Positions 13,647-24,719 of a stretch of 64,000 bases of DNA are shown here, in pieces. Within the stretch, counting starts at the first letter, position 1; every line of letters begins with the position of its first letter. The notes below the pieces were generated by a model, which was not told where the DNA came from, ran no database searches, and saw only the letters and a list, made by a program, of their open reading frames with translations. Source of the DNA: Mobula hypostoma (lineage: Eukaryota); assembly GCF_963921235.1 (NCBI RefSeq), contig NC_086108.1:86368001-86432000 (forward strand), read 5' to 3'. Both the position numbers and the translations under genes were made by a program.

Positions 13647-13845
13647 ATTCTTAAGTTTCCAGCCGGGTACAGGTATCAATTATAACGGACCTTTCAATGA
13701 CAAACTCTGCCATCCTCATCAGGGATGATCTGTGGTGAAATTGGCAGAGTTTGTCCTCCAAACGTTGGTTATAATTGATACCTGTACCTGGCTGGAAGCT
13801 CAAGAATAGTTTATTCATTATATACACCGGGAAAGCACTAGATCC
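13647..13845. mobile_element. Penelope-like family B terminal fold-back (inverted) insertion
   Basis: TTCTTAAGTTTCCAGCCGGGTACAGGTATCAATTATAAC pairs with GTTATAATTGATACCTGTACCTGGCTGGAAGCTCAAGAA. The minus arm has CTGATGA-GGATGGCAGAGTTTGTCATT-GAAA. Matches the PLE termini at ~17570 and ~37640. Confidence 0.8.
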
Positions 13846-13957
13846 ATTTACATATCTGTTATTTTTTATTTCTCTATTTATTTATTTATACATTTATTTG
13901 TTCTTTCTATATTATCATGTACTGCATTGAACTACTGCAGTTAAGTTAACAAATTTC

Positions 13958-14348
13958 CATTGCAAGGACGAGGCTGAGGGTGAACCCAAGTGCAGGACAC
14001 AGGCACAGAGGCAGAGTCATAAGGCATTAGCACCACCGCGAATAGGGAACCGGTATCCAGGAGAGTCTTTACACAGAGACAAGGTTTAGGTAGGGTATCT
14101 AGGAAATGATGCGGAGCTTAGAACTGACAGTCCCACAGAATCAGGAAACAAGGTTTACTCACAATAGAGTCAACCAACAAACTGGCAAAGCATGGCTGTA
14201 CCGCATGGTTTTACCCTATGTTTGCTAATGGGAATCAGGTGTGCTGTAATTAGCGGAACTAGGAATGACTGGAAATCAGACGAGGGGATTAAGGCCCAAT
14301 TTAAGGAGCTAATAGCAAGATGGGGAATTGCTAGACGGGACCATGACA
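13958..14348 (-). mobile_element. Solo LTR (Gypsy-like), same family as 44673-45942
   Basis: 5-bp TSD ATTTC (13953-13957 / 14349-14353). Shares the end GGACCATGACA and similar opposite-end sequence with the 44673 LTR. Confidence 0.75.
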
Positions 14349-14899
14349 ATTTCACAACACATGCCAGTGATAATAAAGCTGATTCTGATTCTGATTCAAT
14401 GTTAGCATTTATTTCAAGGGGACTAGAATATAAAGCAAGGATGTAATGCTAAGGCTGTATAAGGCATTGGACTGGTGAGGCCACACTTGGAGTTCAGTGG
14501 AGGTTCACGAGAATGATTCTGGAAATGATAAATTTATCATATGAGCAGCAATTAGTCTCGCTAAAATTAGAAGAATGTTGGGGGGGGGCGTTATGGGTAG
14601 AATCTCTTGATATCTATCGAATGTTGAAAGGCCTAGATAGAGTGGATGTGAAGAGTACGTTTCCTCAGGTGGGTGAGTCTAGATCCAGAGGCCACAGCTG
14701 CCAAATAGAAGGCTTTCCATTTAGGACAGAGATTTAGCCAGTGAAGCTAAATCCTGGAATTTATTGCTGTGGAGACCAGGTCACTGGGTGCAGTTGAGGT
14801 GAAGGTAGATAAGTTCTTGATTAGTCAGGGCATGAAAGAATATGGGGAGAAGGCAGGAGAATGAGGTATGAGAGGGAAATGGATAAGCCATAATGAAAT

Positions 14900-15553
14900 A
14901 AGCCAGATTGACACTGTGGTTAAGAAGGCGTACGGTGCATTGGCCTTCATCAATCGTAGAATTGAATTTAGGAGCTGAGAGGTAATGTTACAGCTATATA
15001 GGACTCTGGTCAGACCCCACTTGGAGTACTGTGCTCAGTTCTGGTCGCCTCACTACAGGAAGGATGTGGAAACTATAGAAAGGGTCCAGAGGAGATTTAC
15101 AAGGATGTTGCCTGGATTAGGGAGCATGCGTTTTGAGAATAGGTTGAGTGAACTCGGCCTTCTCTCCTTGAAGCGGCGGAGGATGAGAGGTGACCTGATA
15201 GAGGTGTATAAGATGATGAGAGGCATTGATCGTGTGGCTAGTCAGAAGCTTTTCCCCAGGGCTGAAATGGCTGCCACAAGAGGGCACAGGTTTAAGGTGC
15301 TTGGGAGTAGGTACAGAGGAGATGTCAGGGGTAAGTCTTTATGCAGAGAGTGGTGAGTGTGTGGAATGGGCTGCCGGCAACGGTGGTGGAGGTGGATACG
15401 ATAGGGTCTATTAAGAGACTTTTGGATAGGTACATGAAGCTTAGAAAAATAGAGCGCTATGGGTAATCCTAGTAATTTCTAAGGTAGGGACATGTTCGGC
15501 ACAACTTTGTGGGCCGAAGGGCCTGTATTGTGCTGTAGGTTTTCTATGTTTCT
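14900..15553 (+). mobile_element. Younger CR1 3' fragment inside the older CR1 tail
   Basis: ORF 14985-15356 LYRTLVRPHLEYCAQFWSP. Tail TTCTATGTTTCT. Confidence 0.9.
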
Positions 15554-15616
15554 AAATGGTGGAGCAGGCTCGCTGGGTCAAATTGCGTAATTCTGCTCCT
15601 ATGTCTTATGGTCTTA

Positions 15617-16246
15617 AAGTCTAAAATCTTCATAATAAGTATGTTTACATAGCTGTTGACCATAAGGGGAGAAGTCTTCATTTTAAAAATTAGTGTTTTT
15701 CACAACGTTCTAGTTTAGCGCTTTCAATGCCTTCTTCCCATGAGTGGGATCATTCATTAACATAAGTATAGTATCTATACTTTTCTTCAAATGTAGAAGG
15801 AATCAATTGCAAGGGATTCCTCTGTTCGTTTACTTTCAATATCTGGCTGGAATCTTTCAGTTTTGTCATGGTGTTATTAATCATTTCTGAAAGTGATTCC
15901 AGTGTATTAGTTCACATATGACCAAGAGGTAAGGACCATTTAGTATTATTTAAATTAGAATCATCATTGCTCGCAGATCTCCTTAATCTAATATTCTCTG
16001 AGTCATTAAGTTTTAGGGGTGTTTGAGCCAGATGAGATAATTTCCATAGTAAGTGCAAATTCATCTGCAAAAAAAAGCAAATGGCAAGTCAGGCAGCACT
16101 GAACAATATTATCATAAATATTAAAAGTAAAATACAGCAAAGGCAACATTTCTTCCTGGTGTCTGTCTGAAAAAAAACAACACATTCTGTATGTATTATC
16201 CTGAGGCAATGTTGCTATGAGATCTTCCTCAAGTGAATAAGAATTT
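15617..16246 (-). pseudogene. env: Foamy-like ERV env, SU/TM junction with furin site
   Basis: NSYSLEED; ENIRLRR|SASN (RLRRS at 15989-15975); GHM*TNTLESLSEMINNTMTKLKDSSQILK, in register with remembered foamy GYALTGAVQTLSQISDINDENLQQGIYLLR. Confidence 0.75.
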
Positions 16247-17732
16247 CTCAGCATATCATTCTCTGCAACTCCCACCACCTCCAAAGGAATCCTACTGCCA
16301 AACACACCTTTAACTCCCTCCCCACTCTTCACTTTCCACAAGGATCACTCCCTCCATGATTCCATTGTCAAATCGTCCCTCACCACTGATCTCCCTCCCG
16401 GCACTTATCCCTGAAATTAGCCAAAGTGTTGCAACTGCCCATTCACCTCTTCCCTCACCTCCATTTAGGGTCCCATGCAGCCTTTCCAGGTGAGACAACA
16501 CTTTACCTGCAATTCTGTTGGGGTCACCTATTGTGTCTACAGCTCCCAATCCGGTCGTCTCTACATTGGGGAGAGCATCATAAATTGGGGGACTGCTTTG
16601 GCGAGCACCTGCAGTTTACCTGCCAAAAACGGAAATCCCAGTGACCAAACATTTTAATTCCCATTCCCATTCCTGTTGTGACATGGCGGTCCATGGCTTC
16701 CTCTTGTGCCATGATGATGCCACCCTAAGGATAGAGGAAGAATGGCTTATATTCCGTTTGGATAGCCTCCAACCTGATGGCATGAATATCAATTTCCCTT
16801 GCCAGTAAAAAAAAATTCTCTCCCCCTCCTCTCTTCTTCTATTCCCCACTCTGACCACTTATCTCACCTGCCTATCACCTCCCACAGTGTCCCTCCTCCT
16901 TTCCTTTCTCCCACAGTGCACTCTCCTCTCCTATCAAATTCTTTCCTCTCTAGTCCTCGACATTTTCTACTCACCAGGCTTCACCTATCACCTTCTGGCT
17001 ATTCTGCTTCCCCTCCCGCCACCTTTTTATTGTGGCATCTTCACCCTTCCCTTCTAGTCCTGAAGAAGGGTCTCCGCCCAAGATGTAAACTGTGGATTAA
17101 TACCATCCACACACCGGACAGGAAGCTCAAATTTCAGTTTATACGGGTCAAAGGTGACCAAGAACTCAGGTCAGCTGGCGTTTACAGGATTCCCTGTGAA
17201 TATGGAGCAGTATATGCTCGCCAGATGGTATGCACAGTGGAAACTTGCATCAAGACGCACAGGAGATTTGTTACCCAGAGAAATTGATGATAGCAGAACA
17301 TTGCATTCGCAATGGCCATAGGATTGACTTCGACAGCATAAAACTATTGTGCCACACCAATGGCTTTGGGGATTGTCTGGTGAGGGAAGACTTTTAAATA
17401 AAACTAGAGGAAAAGAATTTCAGCAAAGATGGTCTTGCTCTAAGTAAGAACTGGAACTCAATTCCAAGCAAGATGGGAGAGCAGAAACTTGATTGGATGA
17501 GGACTAATGAAGCAGGAGGGACAGACTAAAGTGTAAATACCACCGCACTAGACATACCCAGCCACTATCCCTGATGAAGATGGCAGAGTTTGTCATTAAA
17601 ACAGCAGTTATAATCAATATGTGTACCCGGTTGTAAGCTCTTCATTTCCATGGATGCTGCATGACTTGCTGAGTTCCTCCAGAATTTTGTGTGTTGCTTT
17701 GGATTTCCAGCATCTGCAGTATTTCTTGTGTT
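16247..17732 (+). mobile_element. Penelope-like element family A, 3' part (GIY-YIG plus terminal repeat), with family B nested inside
   Basis: FTCNSVGVTYCV..LYIGES..LGDCFGEHL (GIY-YIG). Decayed hammerhead at ~17056-17090; the terminus resumes at 17641. Possible TSD TAAGAATTT / TAGGAATTT. Confidence 0.85.
17093..17640 (+). mobile_element. Penelope-like element family B, 3' part (GIY-YIG plus hammerhead-bearing terminus)
   Basis: GVYRIPCEYGAVY..TVETCIKTHRR. CTGATGAAGATGGCAGAGTTTGTCATT at 17571. Homologous to the minus-strand copy at 37544-38355. Confidence 0.85.
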
Positions 17733-18330
17733 TAGGAATTTTTTCATTGCTTTTCAGATCTATTTTTTATCTTTTCAATACATCTCATTTCCCCCTTCCC
17801 ACTGGGGAATAGGGGTTCTGTGGTGGACCCTAATTTCAGTGTTCCACTCACCCTGCAGGGATAAATCCTCCTGGGACAGGTTTGATGGTATCTATAGAGA
17901 CAGTTTACTCATAGTCTTGTCCTGGCCCCCTTCTCAATGATCTCAGATCTATCATTGATAACCTGGGTAACGAGACAAGGAGGTTTCCAGTAGAATTTAA
18001 ACTAGGGTCACAATTTTATGGAATTTGTTTTTCTTGTACTCAGTCCCCTTTTTGTGGTCTCTAAAATATCTTGTCTGGTCCCTTTGCTTTCCCTTGAATT
18101 CTCATAAACTCTCTCAGTTCCTTGAGGAGAAATGTATAGGATATAGGGAATGGTTGCCTTGAGTTAGCGATCGGGGTGTATTTCGATGAACATTGTACAT
18201 TAGAAGTTCTAACGTTCTTGTGTCTTCCTACTTTTGAAATTGGCACTTTGTTTACTGGCAATTGCTCTTCAGGGACAAGTGTAGCCTACTTGCCTCTAGA
18301 ATAGACCAATCATTTGCAACTAGAATGGAG
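17733..18330 (-). pseudogene. env: Foamy-like ERV env SU fragment
   Basis: EDLSLQGEWNTE, then RCIEKIKNRSEKQ*KNS, which joins in frame to YSLEED across the PLE insertion (cf. foamy PICIEQQKIRDQDYEVYSLYQEC). Confidence 0.55.
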
Positions 18331-18334
18331 TGTT

Positions 18335-19189
18335 TTCATTGAATAGTAGTCTGAATGCCTTTACCACTAAAGGAAGATCTTGGTCGGCATGCATGCAGGC
18401 GGGGGTGCCAGCGTATATTGTTCTGGGGTGCTGTGATGGTTGTGGTCTCACTACAGGAAGTTGTGGAGACTATCCACGTATATCCTGTACAATGACTGTT
18501 GTCACAAGAATATATTTATTAGGCTTCCAATATGTGGGCTTCCTGGGATGCAAGAAATGGGCCTATATAATCAATTTGCCACAACTGCATTGCAGTGGCT
18601 GGTTTTGCTTGTCTTACAGGAGTTGGTCTTGTGACTGCTCCAACAAATTGCTTCAGCATGTAAGGTCACCTGTATAACATAGTTAATTTTGCATGAGTGG
18701 CTTGTCCACCACTATCATTGTGTCGGAATCCTTGAATCAGTGCTTCCCACTTGTGATCAGTGGGTATTTGCTTCTTATCTATTTTAGGGTGGCATGCCCA
18801 AACCTCACCTTCTTCATCAGCTTCATATTTGTACTGTGTGGGAGATCCTTTAAAACTGGGTATAGTAGTATCTAGGAGAACTCCTAAAACGTTATCCTGG
18901 TTATTTTTTATTTGTTGCTCAGTTACTACAAAAATCCTGGCCTCCCTTGCCATAGCAAGGACCATCCCAATAGCTTGTTTTGCTTGTTCATTGGCTTGTT
19001 AATTACCAAAATTGTGTAAGAGGCCTGTAGTATATCCCAGGATGTGTAACACCTGTATAGTTCAATAATAGTTCATAAATTTTCTTCCACGTGGACAAAT
19101 ATGGAAGCAGTTTGCCTCTGTGTTCTCCATCTGGTAGTTGACCAGATGGGAAGATCTTTTTCTTCCATATTCCTAAAATAACTAGAGTC
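18335..19189 (-). pseudogene. pol: Foamy-like ERV pol, RNase H C-half plus integrase N-terminal and core region
   Basis: DSSYFRNMEEKDLPIW..KLLPYLSTWKKIYELL..GN*QANEQAK; FKGSPTQYKYEADEEGEV; GGQATHAKLTMLYR*PYM; WQIDYIGP (18581-18558); TGYTW; PACMHADQ. Colinear with remembered prototype foamy virus Pol motifs. Confidence 0.85.
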
Positions 19190-21364
19190 CATTTCTTCTT
19201 GATCTATAGTAATGAGTTCAAGGTGTGGAGCGCAGTACCCCATCTTGGCATGAACCTATTACAGTGACTAACAAATCCTAAAATGAACTGTATATGTGCC
19301 ATGTCCTTTGGCCTTGGCATCCCCTACTGCTTGAATTTTCTCAAAACATTTGCCTAATCCTCATGCGTCAATGGTATGACAACAGTAAGTGATGCTTAGT
19401 CTAAATAATTCACACTTGCTGTATTGTGCTCTGAGCCCATCATCATCTTCTCTTTTTACCACTGTCTTGAGTTGTTGGAGATGTTCCTTGTCATCCTTAC
19501 CATTAACAATTACATCATCCATGTAACACTAAGTGCCTGGGCAGCCTTGCAGTACCTGGTCTGTAGCTTTCTGCTAGAGTGCAGGTACAGGTGTTACTTC
19601 AAAATTAAATCCATTATAGTGATAAAGCCCTTTGTGAGTTTCTTTAGTGAGCAACAATTTGGACTCTTCTTCCATCTCCACTTGTAGGTATGCTTCAGCT
19701 AATTTACCTTCCCACACCTGGATTTTGTTTCTTTGTTTTTGAGTTAATTCTGCACCCATTCGTACACCTTCACCTGAATCCCTACCTCCTGTAACTTGAT
19801 TATTAGCCCTTGTGGGGTACCTTGTCAAAAGCTTTCTGGAAGTAAATTATATCCACTGCTCTACTGTTATCATAAATTTTAGATGTTTCTTCACAGAACT
19901 CCAGCATATTAATAAAACATGATTTCTCCTTTCTGAACCCAATCTGGCTTTCTGCTAACATGCCTGTTGTTATCAGCTGCTTTCCATCTCATTCTTTATT
20001 AATGTTTCCATTATCTGACCTACGATATGTGTTCAGCCGATTGGTCTATAGTTACCAGGGTCAGTGCAGTCACCCTACTTGTATACCGGGCAACCCGCCC
20101 ATTTCCAGTCCTTAGGGATTTCACCAGTCTTCGCTGACTTTTGAAAAATACATTTTAGGGGTTTATATATATAATCACAGACCTTTTTAAGTACCTTGGA
20201 TAAATGTTGTCTGGCCCTGGAGATTTACTAACTTTCAACCTTTTAATCTGAAGCTGGATCTCACTTTCTAAGATCTCTAAGTCACTTAAAACAACCTTAT
20301 TTTTCTCTACACTTACTGGCACGTTGCTAACATCTTTGGAGGTGAATACTTCAGCAAAATACGAGTTAAGGTTATCTGCTATGTCCTTCTCTGCATAATT
20401 TAACTCTTCACTATTATTCCATCCTGACTATAGCTCTCATACTTTCATTTGCCCTATGGTTAACATAATTACTATTTTTTTCTACATTCCTTATATAGCT
20501 GTCTTTTCTTCAATAATTTTTATGCATAGCTTTAATCCATGTAGTTCATCTATTGTTTTTATTGCTTCTCCCAACCTTGGGTATGAACTTTTTTCTGCAC
20601 TGCGCGTATTACCTCTTTAAATTGACTCCATTTCTAACCAGTTTCTAACTGACTAACCAGTTCCTCCCAGTTTACCTTTTGATGTCTTTGCCGCATCTGC
20701 ACAAACTTTGCCTTTCTGAAATTGAATTTAATGGCTTCCATGGGCTAAGTGTTCATCATTAAGTTTTTAAGTGCATCATTAAGCCCATCACTGAACTGAC
20801 AATGCTCAGACAACCTCTTCAATTCCGCCATGTTCACTGAAATGAACTCCTCTTTCTTTTGATTCTGCTTTTGAAACTTAAAGCATTCTGCAATGATCAG
20901 TAGTTTCCATTTTAACTGTTCCTGCATTACTTTCACAATATCAGCAAAGCTCATTTCGGCTGGTTTGGTTAGAGCAGTCACACTTCTAAGCAAACTGTAT
21001 GCCTTTAAACCCAATGCATTCAGTAAAATTCACACTCACTTCTCACTGCCTATTTTGTTTGCTTCAAAATACTGCTCATTATACAACACACAGTTATCTT
21101 TTTGTGCAATCAATTGCGTCAAACTTTCTGACCTTTCTACTTTCTTTATTGATGTTTATGAACCTGTGAACATCCATTTTCTGCCTTTTTTAAAAACTCA
21201 ACCCTATCTTTTTCTTCAAAAGAAGGACATGCTGTGCTGCTTTATTTTTTTGAAAGAAGAATACACTGTGCAGCATTTCTCACTGCACTTTTTTAAAAAC
21301 TGTTTTTCTGCACTTCAACTGGTAGATGGCCGTGTCTGGTTCATTATAAACTTATTTTTGCTAC
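19190..21364 (-). mobile_element. Ty3/Gypsy internal fragments: gag ~20640-21130 and RT ~19190-19710, split by a CR1 fragment ~19810-20640
   Basis: gag GLKAYSLLRS..KPAEMSFADIVKVM..ELKRLSEHCQF. RT LAEAYLQVEM..THKGLY..CYMDDVIV..KEHL. Confidence 0.85.
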
Positions 21365-21605
21365 TGTTGTTTTGTAACTTCAAAACATATAACTAATTAG
21401 AAGCAAAAATACAGAACTGGGAAGGTAAGTCTAATTTCATCTTCACTTTAAGGGAGCATGCACATCTGAAATGGTGGGGTGATGACGTATGTCATTTGCA
21501 TACTTTTACCTATAACACGTAATGAATTATTTAAGCAAAGAATACTTAATAAACAACATATTTACAATATTATTCAAATATTATTGAAATATTAAAAGCA
21601 CAACA
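21365..21605 (-). mobile_element. 5' LTR of the Gypsy element
   Basis: TGTTGT...ACAACA termini, immediately upstream of the gag region on the minus strand. Confidence 0.7.
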
Positions 21606-21900
21606 ATGGTGCTGATCTCCTCTAGTGCCTGCCTGACATTGGCCAGGGCTGGAACATACACCACCACCAGGATGACAGAGGAAAACTCCCTCGGCAGATA
21701 AAATGCATGACACTTGACCACTAGATGTTCCAGGCCAGGTGAGCACCTCTGTGCAGCACAATGATTTAATCATGAAGCATACACTGCACCTTCCACTGTT
21801 CTCTCCATGTGAAGAACGGCGAAGCCCTTGAGTTACAGCGCTGTGTCTGAAATTGTAGGGATGAACCATGTTTCCTTGAAGCGAAGTGTACAGAAGTCAT
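21606..21900 (-). mobile_element. Rex1-type APE fragment
   Basis: LEHLVVKCHAFYLPREFSSVILVVVYVP..NVRQALEE, homologous to 2900-3070. Confidence 0.75.
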
Positions 21901-22145
21901 TGATGTCCCTCTGGTACAGCAATCTTACTTTTAGGTATTCAGTTTTACTTTCCAGAGACTGTAAATTTGTCAGCAAGATGATAGAGAATGGGGGGGGGGG
22001 GGTCTAAGGGCTCTGCATTCCAATCTTCCAAAATATGCGTTTGCTTGCAGCACGATGTAAATCTAATGTGTGTTCATGGCATGGATGAATATTCAGTCTG
22101 TTGCTTTTCAAACTGAGTGTTAAATCAAGGTCCCAGGGACCCTAT

Positions 22146-22465
22146 CAAGTCAAGTCAAGTCAAGTCACGTTTTATTGTCATTTCAACCATAACTGCTGGT
22201 ACAGTACACAGTAAAAACAAGACAACATTTTTCAGGACCATGGTGCTACATGAAACAATACAAAAACTACACTGAACTACGTAAACCAACACAAAAACTA
22301 CACGAGACTACAGACCTACCCAGGACTGTATAAAGTGCACAAAACAGTGCAGGCATTACAATAAATGATAAATAAGATAATAGGCACAGTAGAGGGCAGT
22401 AGGTTGGTGTCAGTCCAGGTTCTGGGTGTTGAGGAGTCTGATGGCTTGGGGGAAGAAACTGTTAC
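22146..22465 (-). mobile_element. Rex1-type LINE 3' end
   Basis: (CAAGT)n tail next to TTTATT, with a 3' ORF remnant. Confidence 0.7.
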
Positions 22466-24279
22466 AATATATGCTTCACTCCTGATGTTCTGGGCAATAC
22501 TCTCTGTATTTCATATCCAGTTCATTAATCACTTTGGGTCGAAATTTATTCACCCAATATTGAAAAGAATGGTACTGTGCTGATGAAAACTGGATTAAAT
22601 CAATTCTACACAAGCTTTTTGCTGTTTTGGCCCACGCTAGGAAATCATTTCTGGTTTTCAGAGGGATTTGCTTTCTCGTTAATGTTCTCTTTTTCAGTAA
22701 AATAACTCCTCTCAAGAAGGGGCAGGGCTTAGAGGAATATTAGCCAGTGTCAGGCTCCCTCCACTGCTTAATCCTGGGTTCAAAAATTGTCCTGTGGGGG
22801 CATACCTTATTCTGATTGTTGAAAGTCACTTCCACTGTGATTGGTTAGTTTGGAAGCTGCAGCTGCTTTTCCCATTGGATAACTGTCTGGTGTCCGGTTT
22901 TAAATATCCTGGGCATATAAAATAGCATGTGAAAGGGGCTTGAACTCTTCTTCCTTTCTTTAAGCAAGAATGCACATAATGAATGGGAAGGTATACTCTA
23001 TGTGCACTTCTAACTAAGTATACACCTATTCGCAGACAGTGCTCTCTGTATCTCTTGCCAGACCCACAAATCTGATTGAACTTTACAAAGATCAAACAAG
23101 CTCCAGACATAAGGAGAGGAATCGTCATCTTCACTTGCTTCAATTATCAGGAACAACGATAGTTATTTACAGGCTGTCCCATATTGCAGACATTCCTAGA
23201 AAACACTTATATCCTTACTGAGGTCTCCCTGGTGATTATCTGTTGCAGACTAAAGGCTCTCTGACATTCCTTTGAACAAAGATCAGGTCTCCTGCAAAAC
23301 TGGTTCTTAGTTCTGCTCAGTACCCTCTGACCCCTTGGGAATCCCTCCCATCATTGCAGCATTCATTCATTCAGTGGCAATGCTGCCCTACAGCTAAAAG
23401 GAAGTTAGTTCAATTGCAGTATGTCGCGTTAAGAACTGCTTGCAAAGATTGTACCTGTTGAGCTAAATACTGACAATGGTGGAAGTTTCTAACACTGAAG
23501 TGGGAATCCTGTGTAGACATTTCAAAACAAACTTACACAGGAAAACATGTCAGTTTGTTCTATGAAGCTCACAAATGAAGAACTTAATCTTTACGGAATT
23601 TTCCTCAAAATGCAGTAATGTGGGCTACTCAGTACCAATTATCTTGAAATAAAAAAATTAATTGTATTGCGCTACTGGACAGGCTTCACTTGCCTCAGTG
23701 CTGAACACACTCTACAGCAGTGCACTTACTTTTGGGGACTCTGCACTTCATGCTCCTTGTGTTTTTATTTTACTTTTTTACTATTTACACAATTTGATCA
23801 AAGAACTTGAGCGCTAAACTGGCTCTACCTCGCCTCAGCGGCTTCGTGGCTTGTGGTCTCACTTTTGCGGACTCTATGGTTAATGTTATTTGTTTACAAT
23901 TTATTGTTTGCATGATTTGTTCTTTTTCTCACACATTGCAATTTTGATGGTCTTGTGTATTTTTTCTTAAATGGGTTGGAGTGTTTCTTGACGTTTCTAT
24001 TCTGTTTCTTTGTTTTGTGGCTGCCTGCACAAAGATAAATCTCAAGGTTATATACTGTATACCTTCTTCGATAATAAATGGATTTTGAATTTTGAACTTT
24101 GATCATACAGTGGCTTATTTTTACAATTCACATTTTTCATAATGCAAACGATTTTGATAGAAGCTTCCCTAATGATTTAACTGAGGTCTTACACTGCAAA
24201 AACTATTAAAAAGCAGTAAGCTACTGTGACTTTGCCTATATATTGAGTTGAATTAAATTCCAATGTTGATATCTGCTTC

Positions 24280-24496
24280 TGTGGCGACCCACTTTCTACA
24301 CAAGCGAACCAGCTCACAAAATAGCCCGCGCAGGGAGAGACTTTTGTAATGCACCTCTGACGTCACTTCTGTCCAGAGAGGGCCGGAAGGGAACTGCTTA
24401 AAAGCCAGTGCCACGAAGTTTGAATAAATGAGTCTCAAGTGCGACTTATAGACTGCGTGTCGTTATTTCTAGCTCTGTGTGTAGCACATCGCTACA
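24280..24496 (+). mobile_element. Solo LTR (217 bp)
   Basis: TGTGGCGA...TCGCTACA termini, perfect 4-bp TSD CTTC, internal TTAAAA and AATAAA. Confidence 0.9.
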
Positions 24497-24719
24497 CTTC
24501 CTTTATATCACAGAAATGGATAAAATAGGTACAGGCTGCTGATGCCTTTCCTCTTTCAAATCCATTCAGATCACTCAATATACAAGTATTTCAATGATTT
24601 AAGTTATAGTTCCATGCATGTCTAGTGCAGAGGGCAACCCACTGCTGCTTTTGGAAACAAGCCTAATCGCCACACCCTGCAAAGTTGTTCTATAAATTTT
24701 TGGGTTTCTGCAGGAAATG

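Larger units (their letters stand above)
11360..14397 (+). mobile_element. Rex1/Babar-clade LINE, decayed
   Basis: ORF 12241-12831 has [28 protein letters not shown]. (GATTCT)n tail at ~14380-14397. Same family as 2816-5709. Confidence 0.9.
10393..15616 (+). mobile_element. Decayed CR1 RT region (pieces ~10393-11359, ~14398-14900, ~15554-15616), inserted in the ERV env
   Basis: VDVVYFDF, VPQGSLVG and LVRKANA|MLAFISRGLEYK rejoin across the Rex1 insertion. Tail TATGTCTTATGGTCTT. TAAAGT occurs at both edges. Confidence 0.85.

Noticed and set aside
15912..16075. TTTTTTTGCAG|ATG on the minus strand as a host exon acceptor
   Set aside because: No matching donor was found, and the frame is better explained as decayed Env around the furin site.
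17780..17802. GGGAAGGGGGAAA followed by TG on the minus strand, as a PPT and 3' LTR start
   Set aside because: Env-like coding (RCIEKIK..YSL..RLRR) continues through and beyond this point, so it is internal env sequence.
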